Origin: Fistulifera solaris
Taxonomy: Eukaryota
Reading direction: 5' to 3'
DNA: 64,000 nt
Assembly: GCA_030295235.1 (NCBI GenBank)
Contig: AP026125.1
Coordinates: 744,001-808,000, forward strand
Part shown: positions 62,504 to 64,000 of the stretch, piece by piece
Position numbering within the stretch: the first letter of the stretch is position 1
How the letters are laid out: each line of letters begins with the position of its first letter
Position numbers and translations under genes: made by a program
The notes under the pieces: model-generated
Database searches by the model: none
Told to the model about the DNA's origin: nothing
The model's input: the letters and a program-made list of their open reading frames with translations, nothing else

Positions 62504-63110
62504 CATGACTTAATCCAGTCGTGACAAAAGGTCGTCTTCACTTTGGGGTTATAGTAAATCAAAGTGTAAAAGGATCTCGAAGGCTTTCCCACGCAGCAAA
62601 TGCAGTAATGCATCTCAAAAAATGCGAATCGCTAGTACAATGCTTCAACAATATTACATTTTCTTATTTCCGTTCATGGAGCTATGTGTTGTCAATGCAA
62701 TCCATTTCGGTGTTTGGATTATGACACAGCCGGCAATGTCTTCGATTCCTGACCTTCATGTTTTTACTATGGTCCAAACAGTTGGTTGTACCAATCCACG
62801 ACTGGATTTCAGTCATGAGACTGCATCGATCCTTTTGTACAGGCAGCCCGCAGCGCAAATTTTTTGTCTTTTTCGCGTTTAACTATAGTCTCGTTATAAT
62901 AATAGATCTAAAGCTAATTAAGCTCTCACCTTAGAATTTCGCGCAATTGCGATTTCAGCCGGCAATGTCTTCGAGTCCTGACCTTCATGTTTTTACTATC
63001 ATCCAGACAGTTGGTTGTACCAATCCACGACTGGATTTCGTCATGACATGAGACGCATCGATCCTTTTGTACTGGTAGTCTACAAGTAGTCTACATGCAG
63101 CCTGCGGCGC
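62504..63110. repeat. Degenerate copies of the ~225-bp satellite family: one reverse copy plus a tandem pair
   Basis: cagccggcaatgtcttcga.tcctgaccttcatgtttttactat..cagttggttgtaccaatccacgactggatttc at 62727 and 62956 (229-bp period); reverse-oriented catgact..cagtcgtg..cactttgggg.tatagtaaa at 62504. Confidence 0.8.
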
Positions 63111-63638
63111 GAAAAAAGCTGCGGCTAGAGTGGTAATAACGCAGAGAAAAGCATACTCGGAGATCTGTGGATTCATCAGAGCGCGCATGAGTCTTTCTCT
63201 GGTTCGGACGGTTAGTATGCTTCTCCGGAATCCAAGAGAAGGAATGTCAAGACGATTTCCTCCTCATTGGGAAACGGGTTCTGGACTTGCCCTCTACTAG
63301 CACCAGGGCTCTAGGGCTCTAGAACTTTTATACTTGGCAAAGTTCCAGATCGAAATCGGGGTATTTGGAAAAAAAGTCGAATGTCAAAATTGCATTCGAA
63401 CTCCAGGAAAATTAGGAATAAATATTTTTTTTAAAAAAAAGTGCTTTGTGCGCAATAATATTCGAAAACGTGAATTCGCCTGTGCGACATTTACGGGATG
63501 CGAGAGCGAGAAAGCAAGAAAGATGATGAATGAATGAATTGAATGGCAGTTGAGATTATACCTGGTATTTTTATATTAGTCCTGTCCAAGCTGGAGGGAA
63601 TCACACAACAGAAAAAGCGCGTTACCGCTTCTGTTATC

Positions 63639-64000
63639 ATGAACTCCTTCTGCACGGCCGTCCTTCTATCAATCCTGCTGCTTGTTCATCCCGCTGGAGC
63701 GTTTGTGCTACAGGGAAAGAACCTCCAACGCCCGACGGATCATCAATCATCATTCGCTCTTTTCTCGGCACGTCGCCCTGTGATAGCGGGAAACTGGAAA
63801 TTGAACCCTAAAAGTATCGCGGAGGCATCTCAATTACTCAAGCTTTTGCATGCAAACTTTGTTAATCATCGCACTCCAGCTCAACTGGACGTCGAAGTTG
63901 TTGTCTTTCCTCCTTTCCCTTTCCTTCTGGAAGCTCTCTTGGTGCTGCAAGGTTCTGGAATTAAGGTCGGAGCGCAGAATGTTGCGCTTCAGACATCAGG
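63639..64000 (+). CDS. TPI: Second plastid TPI paralog, 5' part only, inverted relative to 10193-12119
   Basis: MNSFCTAVLLSILLLVHPAGAFVLQGKNLQRPT...RRPVIAGNWKLNPKSIAEASQLLKLLHANF, nearly identical to copy 1. Confidence 0.92.
   Translation, partial: MNSFCTAVLLSILLLVHPAGAFVLQGKNLQRPTDHQSSFALFSARRPVIAGNWKLNPKSIAEASQLLKLLHANFVNHRTPAQLDVEVVVFPPFPFLLEALLVLQGSGIKVGAQNVALQTS

Overview
Gene-dense eukaryotic DNA with short GT-AG introns. Bipartite plastid presequences (signal peptide followed by an AF motif) and the gene content indicate a diatom, probably pennate (inferred). About 30 protein-coding loci are supported, including an N-terminal-His LPMO, a heat-shock factor, a PfkB kinase, a TPI-SMP30 fusion, a GLYR-type reductase, an EEVS-like sedoheptulose-7-phosphate cyclase, CTR9, p23, two NAXE copies, TIM21, SulP-STAS-cNMP, a TBC GAP, NDK, CPSF1, two SDRs, a double-GFA protein and a dual-specificity phosphatase. 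Many genes carry single-base frameshifts, mostly in homopolymers, best read as long-read assembly errors. Highlights: (1) a candidate C7-cyclitol/sugar-metabolism neighbourhood at 9-17 kb; (2) a plastid TPI-lactonase fusion whose 5' part recurs inverted at the window end with a 34-bp identical upstream element; (3) a ~220-230 bp repeat family present as a young higher-order array and as degenerate copies in several promoters; (4) two other intergenic tandem arrays, one palindromic; (5) a Sec14 domain between two MFS-like membrane regions; (6) a secreted protein with four QPDCRLCPNDDD repeats; (7) a TTAA-flanked non-autonomous TIR element. All calls come from reading motifs by eye; no database searches were run.
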